This document shows positions 8,199-16,874 of a stretch of 64,000 bases of DNA, piece by piece. The DNA comes from Pseudomonadota bacterium (lineage in GTDB: Bacteria; Desulfobacterota; Desulfobacteria; Desulfobacterales; C00003106). Location of the stretch: assembly GCA_043818915.1 (NCBI GenBank), contig JBDRFJ010000166.1, positions 37,641 to 101,640 on the forward strand. The letters run 5' to 3'. The notes beneath the pieces are model-generated. The model was not told the DNA's origin. It was given only the letters and a program-made list of their open reading frames with translations, and searched no databases. The position numbers and the translations under genes are program-made. Within the stretch, counting starts at the first letter, position 1. Each line of letters opens with the position of its first letter.

Positions 8199-9470
8199 AT
8201 GAAATCAGGTACTTTCCCCGGCGGTCTTAGCTTGCCTGTGTCGGGTGCAGGCGCTTCCAAACCTTTTGAATCAATTCCTCCTTCCCAGACAGTAATCATT
8301 CCATTAAAGCAACATGTTGGTGAACCCTGTGCTGCCGGCGTTAAGAAAGACGCCGAGGTAAAAATGGGCGATCTCCTTGGCGAAAGCGAAAGCACCGCTG
8401 TTCATGCCACGGTATCCGGAAAGGTTGCTGAAGTAATCAAGAAGTTTCCTGATATGAACGGAGGGTACGTCCCGGCCATTGGCATAGAGTCAGACGGCAA
8501 AAATGAATCGAGAGGACTGTTGGAAGGCTCGGATCCTATGAGCCTTATTCAAAAAGGAGGCGTTGTCGATTGCGATGTTGTGGCAATTTCGCTTCATGAC
8601 AAGCTTACGCTGGCAAAAGAAAAATCAGTAAAGACCTTGATCGTAAATGGTGTTGATGTAGAACCTCACATGATCAGTAGAGCTTCAATCCTTGCTGAAA
8701 ATGCGAAAGAGGTGGCATCCGGGATCGACATCATCAGCAAGATTTTGGGCGGCGCAACAGTCCATATAGGTGTAAGTGAGAACGCTTCTAATGCTATCTC
8801 TGCTATTTGTGGGGCGTGCAGTTCGGCTAATGTTGTAGCGCTTAAGGCCAAACATCCCCAAAGCATGCAGGAGCTTTTAGTCAAGGCCATTCTTGGCAAG
8901 GAAGTCCCCACGGGCGGCGTTCCAGAAGAGATCGGTGTTACCGTGATAAGTGCTGAGACCGCTTATTTTACAGCGCAGGCAGTTAATGATAAAAAGCCGA
9001 TGCTTGAACGATTTATCACAGTAACGGGAAGCGGAATCGGGAGCCCTAAAAATGTATTGGTAAGGATTGGTACCCCGATCAAGGATGTGTTGGAGCATTG
9101 CGGCGCTGCACCGGGACACGGGGGGAAGGTAATCATTGGCGGTCCATTGATGGGAACTGCTATCCATAGCGCTGATATGCCTGTAACAAAAGAGACCACG
9201 GGAATCTATGTCCAGAAGGAAAGGGAGATTGCGGACTTTCCTTCCGGTGTCTGTATCAAGTGTGGACTGTGCGTGGAGGTGTGCCCGATGCGGTTGATGC
9301 CTCTTCTCATTTCCGGCTTTTCCGAATCGGGCAACTACTCGTTGGCGGAAAAAAATGATATTATGAGCTGCATCGAGTGTGGCTGTTGCGCTTATGTGTG
9401 CCCGGTTCTCATACCAATGGTGCAATGGATAAAGTTAGGTAAATCCGAGATTAGAGCTCAAAAGGAGTAG
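8199..9470 (+). CDS. rnfC: Rnf electron-transport complex subunit C
   Basis: Two 4Fe-4S motifs (CIKCGLCVEVCP, CIECGCCAYVCP), an RnfC-like N-terminus and the NGVDVEPH block. It is the first gene of an rnfCDGEAB-ordered cluster. ATG at 8199; the ORF track starts at TTG 8181. Confidence 0.9.
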   Translation: MKSGTFPGGLSLPVSGAGASKPFESIPPSQTVIIPLKQHVGEPCAAGVKKDAEVKMGDLLGESESTAVHATVSGKVAEVIKKFPDMNGGYVPAIGIESDGKNESRGLLEGSDPMSLIQKGGVVDCDVVAISLHDKLTLAKEKSVKTLIVNGVDVEPHMISRASILAENAKEVASGIDIISKILGGATVHIGVSENASNAISAICGACSSANVVALKAKHPQSMQELLVKAILGKEVPTGGVPEEIGVTVISAETAYFTAQAVNDKKPMLERFITVTGSGIGSPKNVLVRIGTPIKDVLEHCGAAPGHGGKVIIGGPLMGTAIHSADMPVTKETTGIYVQKEREIADFPSGVCIKCGLCVEVCPMRLMPLLISGFSESGNYSLAEKNDIMSCIECGCCAYVCPVLIPMVQWIKLGKSEIRAQKE

Positions 9471-9473
9471 TGA

Positions 9474-10421
9474 ATGAAAACACCGGAACTCATAGTATCG
9501 GCCGTGCCCCATGTTCATGGCGGGAACTCCATCCAAAAGATAATGATGAATATCCTTATTGCTTTGGTTCCGGCCATGGTCATCGGGGTATATTTCTTTG
9601 GTGTGGACACTATCAGGGTAGTAGTCATTGCTATGGCTTCTGCGGTTGCATGGGAAGCGATTCTTCAAAAGATAATGGGACGACCCATTGCAATTAGCAA
9701 CTTGAGCGGGGCGGTCAGTGGTCTCATTCTTGCCATGTTGTTGCCTCCCACAGCGCCATGGTGGATGATCTGTACTGGAACATTCGTCATGATTTTGCTC
9801 GGCAAAGAGGTCTACGGAGGCTTGGGCAACAACCCGTTTAACGGTGTACTGATTGCGTGGGTTGTGCTGCAGATGTCGTATCCTGATCATATGATGTATT
9901 GGGTGGCCCCTCCCGGGGACTTTATGACAGAAGCGACCCCCCTTGAGGTGCTGAAATTTGAGGGCGTGGAATCGATTGCCGAGTATTTTTCTACTTCGGG
10001 TCTCTTGATTGGGAACACCACCGGTTTCATCGGGGAAGTCTCTGCTCTTATGCTCCTGATCGGGGGGGCATACCTCCTTATCCGAAAGGTGGTCTCCTGG
10101 CGGATTCCGGTAAGCTTTCTGGCAGGGATTATCCTTTTTTCCGGTCTTTTCTGGCTAACTAATTCAGAAGAATACGCAAGTCCTTTGTTTCACCTGTTGG
10201 CGGGCGGGTCGATCATGGCTGCCTTTTTTCTGGCTACCGATATGACTTCTTCACCTGTTACGCCTGCGGGGATGTTGATCTATGGATTCCTCTGTGGAGT
10301 GTTAACCGTAGTGATTCGACTATGGGGAGCGTGGGCTGACGGCGCCTACTACGCAGTCTTTATAATCAGTATCCTGACACCCTTATTGGATAAAATTAAA
10401 TCAAAGGTTTATGGGAGGTAA
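9474..10421 (+). CDS. rnfD: Rnf complex subunit D
   Basis: 315-aa polytopic NqrB/RnfD-like protein (PHVHGGNS, FLATDMTSSPVTP, ILTPLLD). It sits between rnfC and rnfG. Confidence 0.9.
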   Translation: MKTPELIVSAVPHVHGGNSIQKIMMNILIALVPAMVIGVYFFGVDTIRVVVIAMASAVAWEAILQKIMGRPIAISNLSGAVSGLILAMLLPPTAPWWMICTGTFVMILLGKEVYGGLGNNPFNGVLIAWVVLQMSYPDHMMYWVAPPGDFMTEATPLEVLKFEGVESIAEYFSTSGLLIGNTTGFIGEVSALMLLIGGAYLLIRKVVSWRIPVSFLAGIILFSGLFWLTNSEEYASPLFHLLAGGSIMAAFFLATDMTSSPVTPAGMLIYGFLCGVLTVVIRLWGAWADGAYYAVFIISILTPLLDKIKSKVYGR

Positions 10422-10427
10422 CTGCCA

Positions 10428-11024
10428 GTGTCTTTTCGCGAGATATTAAAAATGATCGTGGTCCTTACGATTGTCTCTGGTGTGTGCGGAGGGGGCCTCG
10501 CTGTAGTCAAGATGGCGACGGCAGAACAGATCGAATACCAGAAAATCAAGAACATCAAAGAACCGGCCCTGAAGGCGATACTCTCCGGTTATGACAATGA
10601 TCCTGTGATTGACAGAAAGGTTTTGGTTGTCGGAACGGACAAGAAAGGCAAGCCGATCGAAACGACCATCTTTTACGCGAAGAAGGGCGGCGAGGTTATT
10701 GCGGTTGCTTTTGAGGCATATGGCGGAGGGTTCGAGGGGGACATCGGCGTCATGATAGCTATTAAGATGCCCGATGAGGTGTTAGATGGGATTGCCGCAA
10801 CAACACATTCAGAGACCCCCTCGGTAGGGGGTGTTGCGCTCAATTCTCCCAATTTCCTCGGCCAATTCAAAGGTAGGCCGGTAGGCGAAAATTTTGGCCT
10901 GAGCTCCGAAGGTGGCGTTATAAACGCTTACAGCGGCGCTACCATCTCGTCCGCGGGGGCGTCAAAGGCAATCAAGAGCGGAATGGAGATATACAAGAAG
11001 TTTAAATCAGAGATACTGGGATGA
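10428..11024 (+). CDS. rnfG: Rnf complex subunit G (FMN-binding)
   Basis: N-terminal membrane anchor plus an FMN_bind-type domain with the flavinylation motif SGATISS. GTG start. Confidence 0.9.
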   Translation: MSFREILKMIVVLTIVSGVCGGGLAVVKMATAEQIEYQKIKNIKEPALKAILSGYDNDPVIDRKVLVVGTDKKGKPIETTIFYAKKGGEVIAVAFEAYGGGFEGDIGVMIAIKMPDEVLDGIAATTHSETPSVGGVALNSPNFLGQFKGRPVGENFGLSSEGGVINAYSGATISSAGASKAIKSGMEIYKKFKSEILG

Positions 11025-11049
11025 GTGAGACCAAGGGAGGAGTTTGTAA

Positions 11050-11664
11050 ATGTCACGCATTGTAAAGGAATTTACCAAAGGGCTCTGGGATGAGATTCCA
11101 CCGTTTCGATTCGTTCTTGGACTCTGCTCTGTTCTTGCGGTAACAACAAGCGTAAGCAGCGCGGTCGGACTGGGTGGCGGTGTTGTCTTTGTACTGATAA
11201 TGAGTAACGTCCTGGTTTCTGTCTTTAGAAAGATTATCCCGGACAAGGTAAGGATCGCGGTCTTTATTGTTATTATTGCATCAGGGGTTATTATAGTCGA
11301 ACTTGTTATGCAGGCCTATTTCTACGGTCTTTTTCAGGTATTGGGGATATGGATACCGCTTATTGTGGTAAACTGTGTGGTCCTCGGGCGGGCCGAAGCT
11401 TTTGCCCGTAAGGAATCAGTCGTTTTGGCCCTGGCTGATGCTCTTGGCATGGGTATGGGTTTTACGATATCCTTGACAGTCCTCGCGTCGCTCCGTGAAA
11501 TCATCGGGGCCGGCACATGGTTTGGTATGTCAGTCATGCCCGAATGGTATATAGGGTTTCCATATATTATCAAACCTCCTGGAGCATTTGTCTGTCTCGG
11601 GATCATTCTCGCAATTATGAACGTGGTTTCGGCCAGAATAGACGCGAAGAAACAACAGGCATGA
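11050..11664 (+). CDS. rnfE: Rnf complex subunit E
   Basis: NqrD/RnfE family blocks (GLCSVLAVTTS, WIPLIVVNCVVLGRAEAFA). Confidence 0.92.
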   Translation: MSRIVKEFTKGLWDEIPPFRFVLGLCSVLAVTTSVSSAVGLGGGVVFVLIMSNVLVSVFRKIIPDKVRIAVFIVIIASGVIIVELVMQAYFYGLFQVLGIWIPLIVVNCVVLGRAEAFARKESVVLALADALGMGMGFTISLTVLASLREIIGAGTWFGMSVMPEWYIGFPYIIKPPGAFVCLGIILAIMNVVSARIDAKKQQA

Positions 11665-11666
11665 TC

Positions 11667-11731
11667 GAGTTGCGCGTTACGTGTTACAAGTTGATTGCTT
11701 AACTCGCAACCCGAAACACGCAACTCGTAAC
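11667..11731. repeat. imperfect palindromic element (GAGTTGCG / CGCAACTC units) in the rnfE-rnfA spacer
   Basis: gagttgcgcgttacgtgttacaagtt ... aactcgcaacccgaaacacgcaactcgtaac. The outer 8-mer gagttgcg pairs with cgcaactc. It fills about half of the 138-nt gap between rnfE and rnfA. Confidence 0.6.
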
Positions 11732-11802
11732 AGCCCAAATGGGAATTTATACTGTCGAGTTAGCCCTTAAATTTAGTCACTAAAAGAGAGAGGTTTTCTA
11801 TC

Positions 11803-12378
11803 ATGGGTGATTATCTTCTGTTCATGTTGTCGGCGATCGTTATAAACAATATTCTGCTGATTAAATTTCTGGGTGTTTGCCCCTTTATCGGCGTTTCAAG
11901 CAGCATGGACAGCGCTATCGGGATGTCGGCCGCCTGCATATTTGTTAATGTCCTTGCAAGTTCTCTATGCTGGATGGTTCAGAGCTTTGTGCTTGAACCC
12001 CTTGGCCTGGAATATATTCAAACCCTTGCCTTTATTGTGGTCATCGCTTCACTGGTGCAATTGGTTGAAATTGTTCTTCAGAAAGTTGCGCCTCCCCTTT
12101 ATAGCGCTCTTGGGATATATTTGCCCTTGATAACAACAAACTGTATGATTTTTGGTGTTGCTGTGCTGAATATTCGGGAGGAACGTGGCTTTATCGATAC
12201 GCTAGTGTACGCTGCTTCAACGGCAGTCGGATTCAGCATGGCCTTGATGCTTCTTGCCGGCATCAGAGAACGTTTTGCCATCGCTCGGATTCCAAAAGTG
12301 ATGCAGGGCTTTCCTGCCGGGCTGATTACAGCCGGGATGATGGGGTTGAGTTTTTATGGACTGGTAGGTTTGGCGTAA
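11803..12378 (+). CDS. rnfA: Rnf complex subunit A
   Basis: NqrE/RnfA family blocks (LGVCPFIGVSS, GIYLPLITTNCMIFGVA). Confidence 0.92.
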   Translation: MGDYLLFMLSAIVINNILLIKFLGVCPFIGVSSSMDSAIGMSAACIFVNVLASSLCWMVQSFVLEPLGLEYIQTLAFIVVIASLVQLVEIVLQKVAPPLYSALGIYLPLITTNCMIFGVAVLNIREERGFIDTLVYAASTAVGFSMALMLLAGIRERFAIARIPKVMQGFPAGLITAGMMGLSFYGLVGLA

Positions 12379-12397
12379 ACAGGAGAGGACGAGTTCT

Positions 12398-13195
12398 ATG
12401 GGACCGATATTAAGTGCGGTTGTTGCAATGGGTGGCCTCGGATTGGCCTTGAGCGCGGCTCTGGGTGTTGCGGCAAAGGTTTTTTATGTCTATGTTGATC
12501 CGAAGATTGGCGAAGTCGCTGATTGTTTGCCCGGAGCAAACTGTGGTGGATGTGGTTATGCCGGATGCAGCGATTGTGCCGCCGCCATGGTGTCGGGTGA
12601 AGCCGCACCCAATGCCTGTAAGGCCGGAGGTGATTCGATTACCCAGGCGGTCGCTGCTGTTTTGGGCGTGTCTGCTGAATCGGCTGAGAGGGATATCGCC
12701 AAGATTTTTTGCCGTGGCGCTCATGGCGTAGCAGAGCGTAAATATATCTACAAAGGTATCACAGATTGCCGGGCCGCCGCCTTGATCTCCGGTGGGGACA
12801 AGACCTGTACATACGGCTGTCTCGGTCTTGGGACTTGTGTCGCGAGCTGTCCCTTTGGCGCTCTTAGAATGGGGGATGACGGATTGCCCATAGTGAATGA
12901 AAAACTGTGCACCGGCTGCGGCACCTGTGTAACTGCTTGTCCTCGCGGTATTCCCCATGTGGTAAAGGAGTCTCAGCAAGCGGCTTCTCTTTGCAGCTCT
13001 CATGATCTTGGCAAGATTGTCAAGGCGATATGCAGCGTGGGGTGCATAGGCTGCGGAAAATGCAAAAAGGCATGTCCTGAAAAGGCTGTTGATGTAGTGA
13101 AATTTCTGAGTGTGGTTGACCCTGAGAAGTGCACGGGATGCGGCAAGTGTTTTGAAAAATGTCCCACCGGTATTATTCAAAGCTTAGTAGCTTAA
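12398..13195 (+). CDS. rnfB: Rnf complex subunit B (polyferredoxin type)
   Basis: N-terminal anchor, the CGGCGYAGC cluster domain, then several CxxCxxCxxxCP ferredoxin motifs. Confidence 0.88.
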   Translation: MGPILSAVVAMGGLGLALSAALGVAAKVFYVYVDPKIGEVADCLPGANCGGCGYAGCSDCAAAMVSGEAAPNACKAGGDSITQAVAAVLGVSAESAERDIAKIFCRGAHGVAERKYIYKGITDCRAAALISGGDKTCTYGCLGLGTCVASCPFGALRMGDDGLPIVNEKLCTGCGTCVTACPRGIPHVVKESQQAASLCSSHDLGKIVKAICSVGCIGCGKCKKACPEKAVDVVKFLSVVDPEKCTGCGKCFEKCPTGIIQSLVA

Positions 13196-13251
13196 TTATA
13201 TATCGGGTTGGCTTGATATATTGTAGACGTTAAAACAGAGGAGATATAAGA

Positions 13252-13719
13252 ATGGTCAAGAAGATCCTGATTGCCATGGATGAATCTGATTACGCTAAGA
13301 AAGCCGTAAAATACGTAGCTTCCGCGGTGAGACCCACGGTTCACATAACTCTGCTTAGCGTAATGCCGACCATTTCGTCAAAGCTGGAAAGAGAACTGCA
13401 CCATCCATTGTTTGCGGAAAAGGTGGAAGGGCTTAAAGGGATAACGGCTGAGAAGAAAAAGCTGGTGGAAGCAATGATGGAGGAATGCCGTACGATTTTA
13501 AAGGATGCGGGTGTACACGATAAGAATATTGAAGTGAAGATAGTAAACAAGAAGGTTGGAATTGCACGGGATATCATAGCAGAAGCTGAAACAGGGGGCT
13601 ATGATACCGTTGTGATAGGTCGAAGGGGGTTGTCCGCCGCCGCCGCCTTTGTCCTGGGGAGCGTGTCAAATAAGATCGTTCAGAACATAAAGAATTGCAC
13701 GGTCTGGGTTGTTGAATAA
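13252..13719 (+). CDS. universal stress protein (single UspA domain)
   Basis: KKILIAMDESDYAKKAVKY ... YDTVVIGRRGLS ... GSVSNKIV matches the UspA-fold ATP-binding pattern. Confidence 0.85.
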   Translation: MVKKILIAMDESDYAKKAVKYVASAVRPTVHITLLSVMPTISSKLERELHHPLFAEKVEGLKGITAEKKKLVEAMMEECRTILKDAGVHDKNIEVKIVNKKVGIARDIIAEAETGGYDTVVIGRRGLSAAAAFVLGSVSNKIVQNIKNCTVWVVE

Positions 13720-14149
13720 GGAGCATGTCGAAGAAGGCGTGGTCATAGAACAATTACGAGACAACCACGCAAAGGTAAAGATTCGAAAAAGCTCCTCATG
13801 TGACGCTTGCTCACATAAGGGTTTTTGTAATCCGTTTGGCAGAGACAGTATGATTATTTTGGCCGCCAATCCGCTAAACGCGGAGGCAGGCCAGAAGGTA
13901 CGCATGGCCTTCAAGGTGGAAAAAGAGAGGAAGGCCGTCACGATTCTTTACATTATCCCATTAATTGGGCTTTTGGTAGGGGCTTTTGTTGGAGATGCCC
14001 TTAATTTATGTGGCAACCGGGATGCTTCGGCTGCCTTTTTTAGTGTTCTGTTTGTGGTGATTACCTTTTTAGGTATACGATATTACAGCCATATAAGATA
14101 TGAGCGTGACGTTTCTTATAAGCCGACGGTTATTGAGATAGTGGAGTAG
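13709..14149 (+). CDS. RseC/MucC-family (SoxR-reducing-system type) membrane protein
   Basis: N-terminal beta-rich domain with Cys pair (KSSSCDACSHKGFC), then two hydrophobic helices (ILYIIPLIGLLVGAFVG, FFSVLFVVITFLGI). This family commonly accompanies rnf/rsx genes. The start codon is uncertain (TTG 13709). Confidence 0.75.
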   Translation: MLNKEHVEEGVVIEQLRDNHAKVKIRKSSSCDACSHKGFCNPFGRDSMIILAANPLNAEAGQKVRMAFKVEKERKAVTILYIIPLIGLLVGAFVGDALNLCGNRDASAAFFSVLFVVITFLGIRYYSHIRYERDVSYKPTVIEIVE

Positions 14150-14179
14150 GAAATGACATCGTCAGGAGGTAACTGGTAA

Positions 14180-15745
14180 ATGAGATTTGGGAAGTGGATA
14201 TTAGCGATTTTTGTACTGAGTATATTTCTATTTTCGGGTCCGGCTATGGCCACCGATCATGACGTTGCGACACATGATACAGGACATGGCGCTATTACCC
14301 ATGACGAGACAGGTCATGACGCCGCAGAGGCGGAACACGAACACGGCCATGCAGACACAGAGGCTCATGGGGGAGATGAAGGCCATGGTCATCACGGACC
14401 AAATCTGGGAGAGATCCTTCCACTCTGGAGTTGTATCCCTTTTGCGTGCATGCTCCTTTCCATAGCGCTTTTTCCGCTTTTGGCCCCGCATTTCTGGCAC
14501 CATCACTTCGGCAAGGTATCCGCTTTCTGGGCGGCATTGTTAGCCATTCCCTTTTTGATTGCCTTTAAAGGGGGCGCCGTGTATGAGATCCTTCATATCA
14601 TACTTGCCGACTACGTCCCTTTTATTATCCTTCTGTGGGCGCTTTATACTGTTTCCGGCGGCATCGTGCTTAAGGGCACATTGCGCGGGACGCCGGTTTT
14701 AAACACCGTTATGATACTTATCGGCACAGTACTCGCCTCGTGGATGGGCACCACGGGCGCTGCCATGTTGCTGATCCGGCCGTTTTTAAAGGCGAATGAT
14801 TATCGAAAAAACAGGACCTTTATGGTGGTATTCTTTATCTTCTTGGTTGCCAATATCGGAGGTTCATTGACCCCGCTTGGAGATCCGCCGCTCTTTTTAG
14901 GGTTTCTCCACGGGGTCTCCTTTTTCTGGACCATGAAGATAATGCCCCATATGCTTGTAACAGCCGGTATCCTCCTGGGGATCTACTTTATCCTTGATTC
15001 ATACCATTATAAAAAAGAGGGGTTGAGCGGAGCTCCACCAGAAGAAGGGGTTAAGGAACCGCTAAGATTAGAAGGAACGCTCAATTTTGTCTTTCTCGCC
15101 GGTGTGGTAGGGTCAGTGCTCATGAGCGGGATTGTAGACTGGGGCGAGATCAACACGTTTGGGATTCACCGGGCCGTACAGGATTGGGTAAGGGATGGGA
15201 TACTGATCGGCATGGGCATGCTCGCATTGCTGACGACAAAGAAAGAACTGCGTGAGTACAATGACTTTTCCTGGTTTCCGATTATTGAGGTAGCCTATCT
15301 CTTTATCGGGATATTCATTACCATGATTCCATGTCTCCTTATACTTAAGGCAGGCTTGAAGGGGGAACTCGCCTTTTTGATCGCCGCGGTAAAGGAGCCG
15401 TTCCATTACTTCTGGGTAACGGGCGCTCTGTCTGGTTTTCTTGATAACGCGCCGACCTATCTTACTTTCTTTAATACCGCTCTTGGGGCCTTTTATCCGG
15501 GGATGCCGGAGCCTCAGGCTGTTCCTCTTCTCATGACGGAAAGTTCGATCTTCTTGAAAGCAATTTCAGCCGGTGCTGTCTTTTTTGGTTCCTTCAGCTA
15601 TATCGGGAATGCGCCTAACTTTATGGTACGGTCAATCGCGGAGGAGGCCGGAACGCCCATGCCGAGCTTCTTTGGTTATATAATAAAGTATTCCGTGGTC
15701 TACTTGCTGCCTACTTTTGTGATCGTAACTTTAATCTTCTTCTAA
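14180..15745 (+). CDS. ArsB/NhaD-superfamily permease (citrate-transporter-like, usually annotated sodium:proton antiporter) with His-rich N-terminal tract
   Basis: Polytopic. Conserved-looking blocks are WHHHFGKVSAFWA, GTTGAAMLLIRPFLKAN and GGSLTPLGDPPLFLGFL. After the signal-like helix comes THDTGHGAITHDETGHDAAEAEHEHGHADTEAHGGDEGHGHHG. Confidence 0.7.
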   Translation: MRFGKWILAIFVLSIFLFSGPAMATDHDVATHDTGHGAITHDETGHDAAEAEHEHGHADTEAHGGDEGHGHHGPNLGEILPLWSCIPFACMLLSIALFPLLAPHFWHHHFGKVSAFWAALLAIPFLIAFKGGAVYEILHIILADYVPFIILLWALYTVSGGIVLKGTLRGTPVLNTVMILIGTVLASWMGTTGAAMLLIRPFLKANDYRKNRTFMVVFFIFLVANIGGSLTPLGDPPLFLGFLHGVSFFWTMKIMPHMLVTAGILLGIYFILDSYHYKKEGLSGAPPEEGVKEPLRLEGTLNFVFLAGVVGSVLMSGIVDWGEINTFGIHRAVQDWVRDGILIGMGMLALLTTKKELREYNDFSWFPIIEVAYLFIGIFITMIPCLLILKAGLKGELAFLIAAVKEPFHYFWVTGALSGFLDNAPTYLTFFNTALGAFYPGMPEPQAVPLLMTESSIFLKAISAGAVFFGSFSYIGNAPNFMVRSIAEEAGTPMPSFFGYIIKYSVVYLLPTFVIVTLIFF

Positions 15746-15748
15746 AGA

Positions 15749-16648
15749 ATGGGGTGTATTATGCAATTTAAAAAAATATTGTTCCCTACAAAGTTTCAGG
15801 AATTGGCGTTTAACTCGCTGGAATCGATTTTGGAACTTAAGAAAGCCGGCCTGCAAGAGATCGTCCTGACTCATATCATACCGAGAGAAGATGTTGCGTT
15901 TGTGCCGTATGGCGGCTATATGAAAGACGAGGAAGAGCGGCTGAGAGAGCAGGCGCAGATTCGTTTTCAAGATTGGCAGGAAGCAATATCAAAAAAGGGT
16001 ATTGAAAGTAAGATCAGGATTGAGGTAGGCGCTCCTATCGCAAAGATTTTGCGTATCGCGGATGAGGAAAAGGTCGATCTGATCGTGGCCGGGAGAAAAA
16101 AGAGAACAACACTGGAGAAGGTCTATGTTGGGTCGCATACCTTGGAACTCATGCGCCGGAGCACTATCCCTATTTTGATCAGCAAATATATGGTGCAGTT
16201 TGAATGGGAAGGTGAGCTTATTACCAAGGTGAACGATCATATTTTTACGAATCCTCTTCTTGCTACCGACTGGTCTAAACCCTCTGAAAAGGCCTTACAG
16301 GCGGTTTCGTCTCTTAAAGGAATAATTGATAAGGCAATGGTGACGCATATCATTGGAGTGAAGATTGGCAAGGGCCTTGACAAGTCCGAACTGAAGCGTC
16401 TCGAAAAGGAGAGTAAAGAACGGTTAAAGAAATATTGTGATGAGTTGGAAAAAGGCGGAATCAAAGCAGAGTCACATCTGTTTTCCGGCCGGACCGCACC
16501 CGAGATTATGAGGGTAGCACGAGAACATAAGGCTACCATGATTGTTATAGGCACCACAGGTAAAGACCGGTTTAAGGAGTTTTGGCTGGGCAGTGTTTCT
16601 CACCGTGTGGCCGAAGCGTCGGAGGTGCCGGTGTTATTAGTTCCCTAA
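15749..16648 (+). CDS. tandem-domain universal stress protein
   Basis: Two UspA-like halves, each ending in a G-x-x-G...GSV motif (VAGRKKRTTLEKVYVGSHT; VIGTTGKDRFKEFWLGSVSHRV). An alternative ATG lies at 15761. Confidence 0.8.
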   Translation: MGCIMQFKKILFPTKFQELAFNSLESILELKKAGLQEIVLTHIIPREDVAFVPYGGYMKDEEERLREQAQIRFQDWQEAISKKGIESKIRIEVGAPIAKILRIADEEKVDLIVAGRKKRTTLEKVYVGSHTLELMRRSTIPILISKYMVQFEWEGELITKVNDHIFTNPLLATDWSKPSEKALQAVSSLKGIIDKAMVTHIIGVKIGKGLDKSELKRLEKESKERLKKYCDELEKGGIKAESHLFSGRTAPEIMRVAREHKATMIVIGTTGKDRFKEFWLGSVSHRVAEASEVPVLLVP

Positions 16649-16795
16649 TGTCTGCCAGAAACGGCATCGTTTGACCCGATACTGCGTTCTCCGCAGGTTT
16701 CTATCCTCGACGTAGCTTGGCTACGCCTCCGGTAGAAACCTTTGTGCGGCCTTGTCTCGGAACAAAAGCTACCGTTTCTGGACAGACATTTTTTT
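16647..16795 (+). other. ~150-nt multi-helix inverted-repeat element ending in a T-run (structured 3' UTR, sRNA or cruciform)
   Basis: Outer arms aatgtctgccagaaacgg / ccgtttctggacagacatt pair. Inner hairpins are ctgcg-ttctc-cgcag, gtttcta...tagaaac and cgtagc-ttg-gctacg. T7 follows at 16789-16795. Confidence 0.45.
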
Positions 16796-16809
16796 ACTCT
16801 ATATAAACC

Positions 16810-16842
16810 AAAAAAGCGGATAGAATTTCTATCCGCTTTTTT
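16810..16842. terminator. bidirectional rho-independent terminator between the convergent usp and apbE genes
   Basis: aaaaaa-gcggatagaa-t-ttctatccgc-tttttt: a GC-containing stem flanked by an A-run and a T-run. Confidence 0.75.
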
Positions 16843-16874
16843 ATTGCTTATATTATACCTGTTTTGGCTATGAG

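Noticed and set aside
12410-13180. 256-aa ORF antisense to rnfB
   Set aside because: This is a shadow ORF of a Cys/Gly-rich gene. Its translation is low-complexity with no motifs, whereas the plus frame carries textbook Fe-S cluster motifs and operon context.
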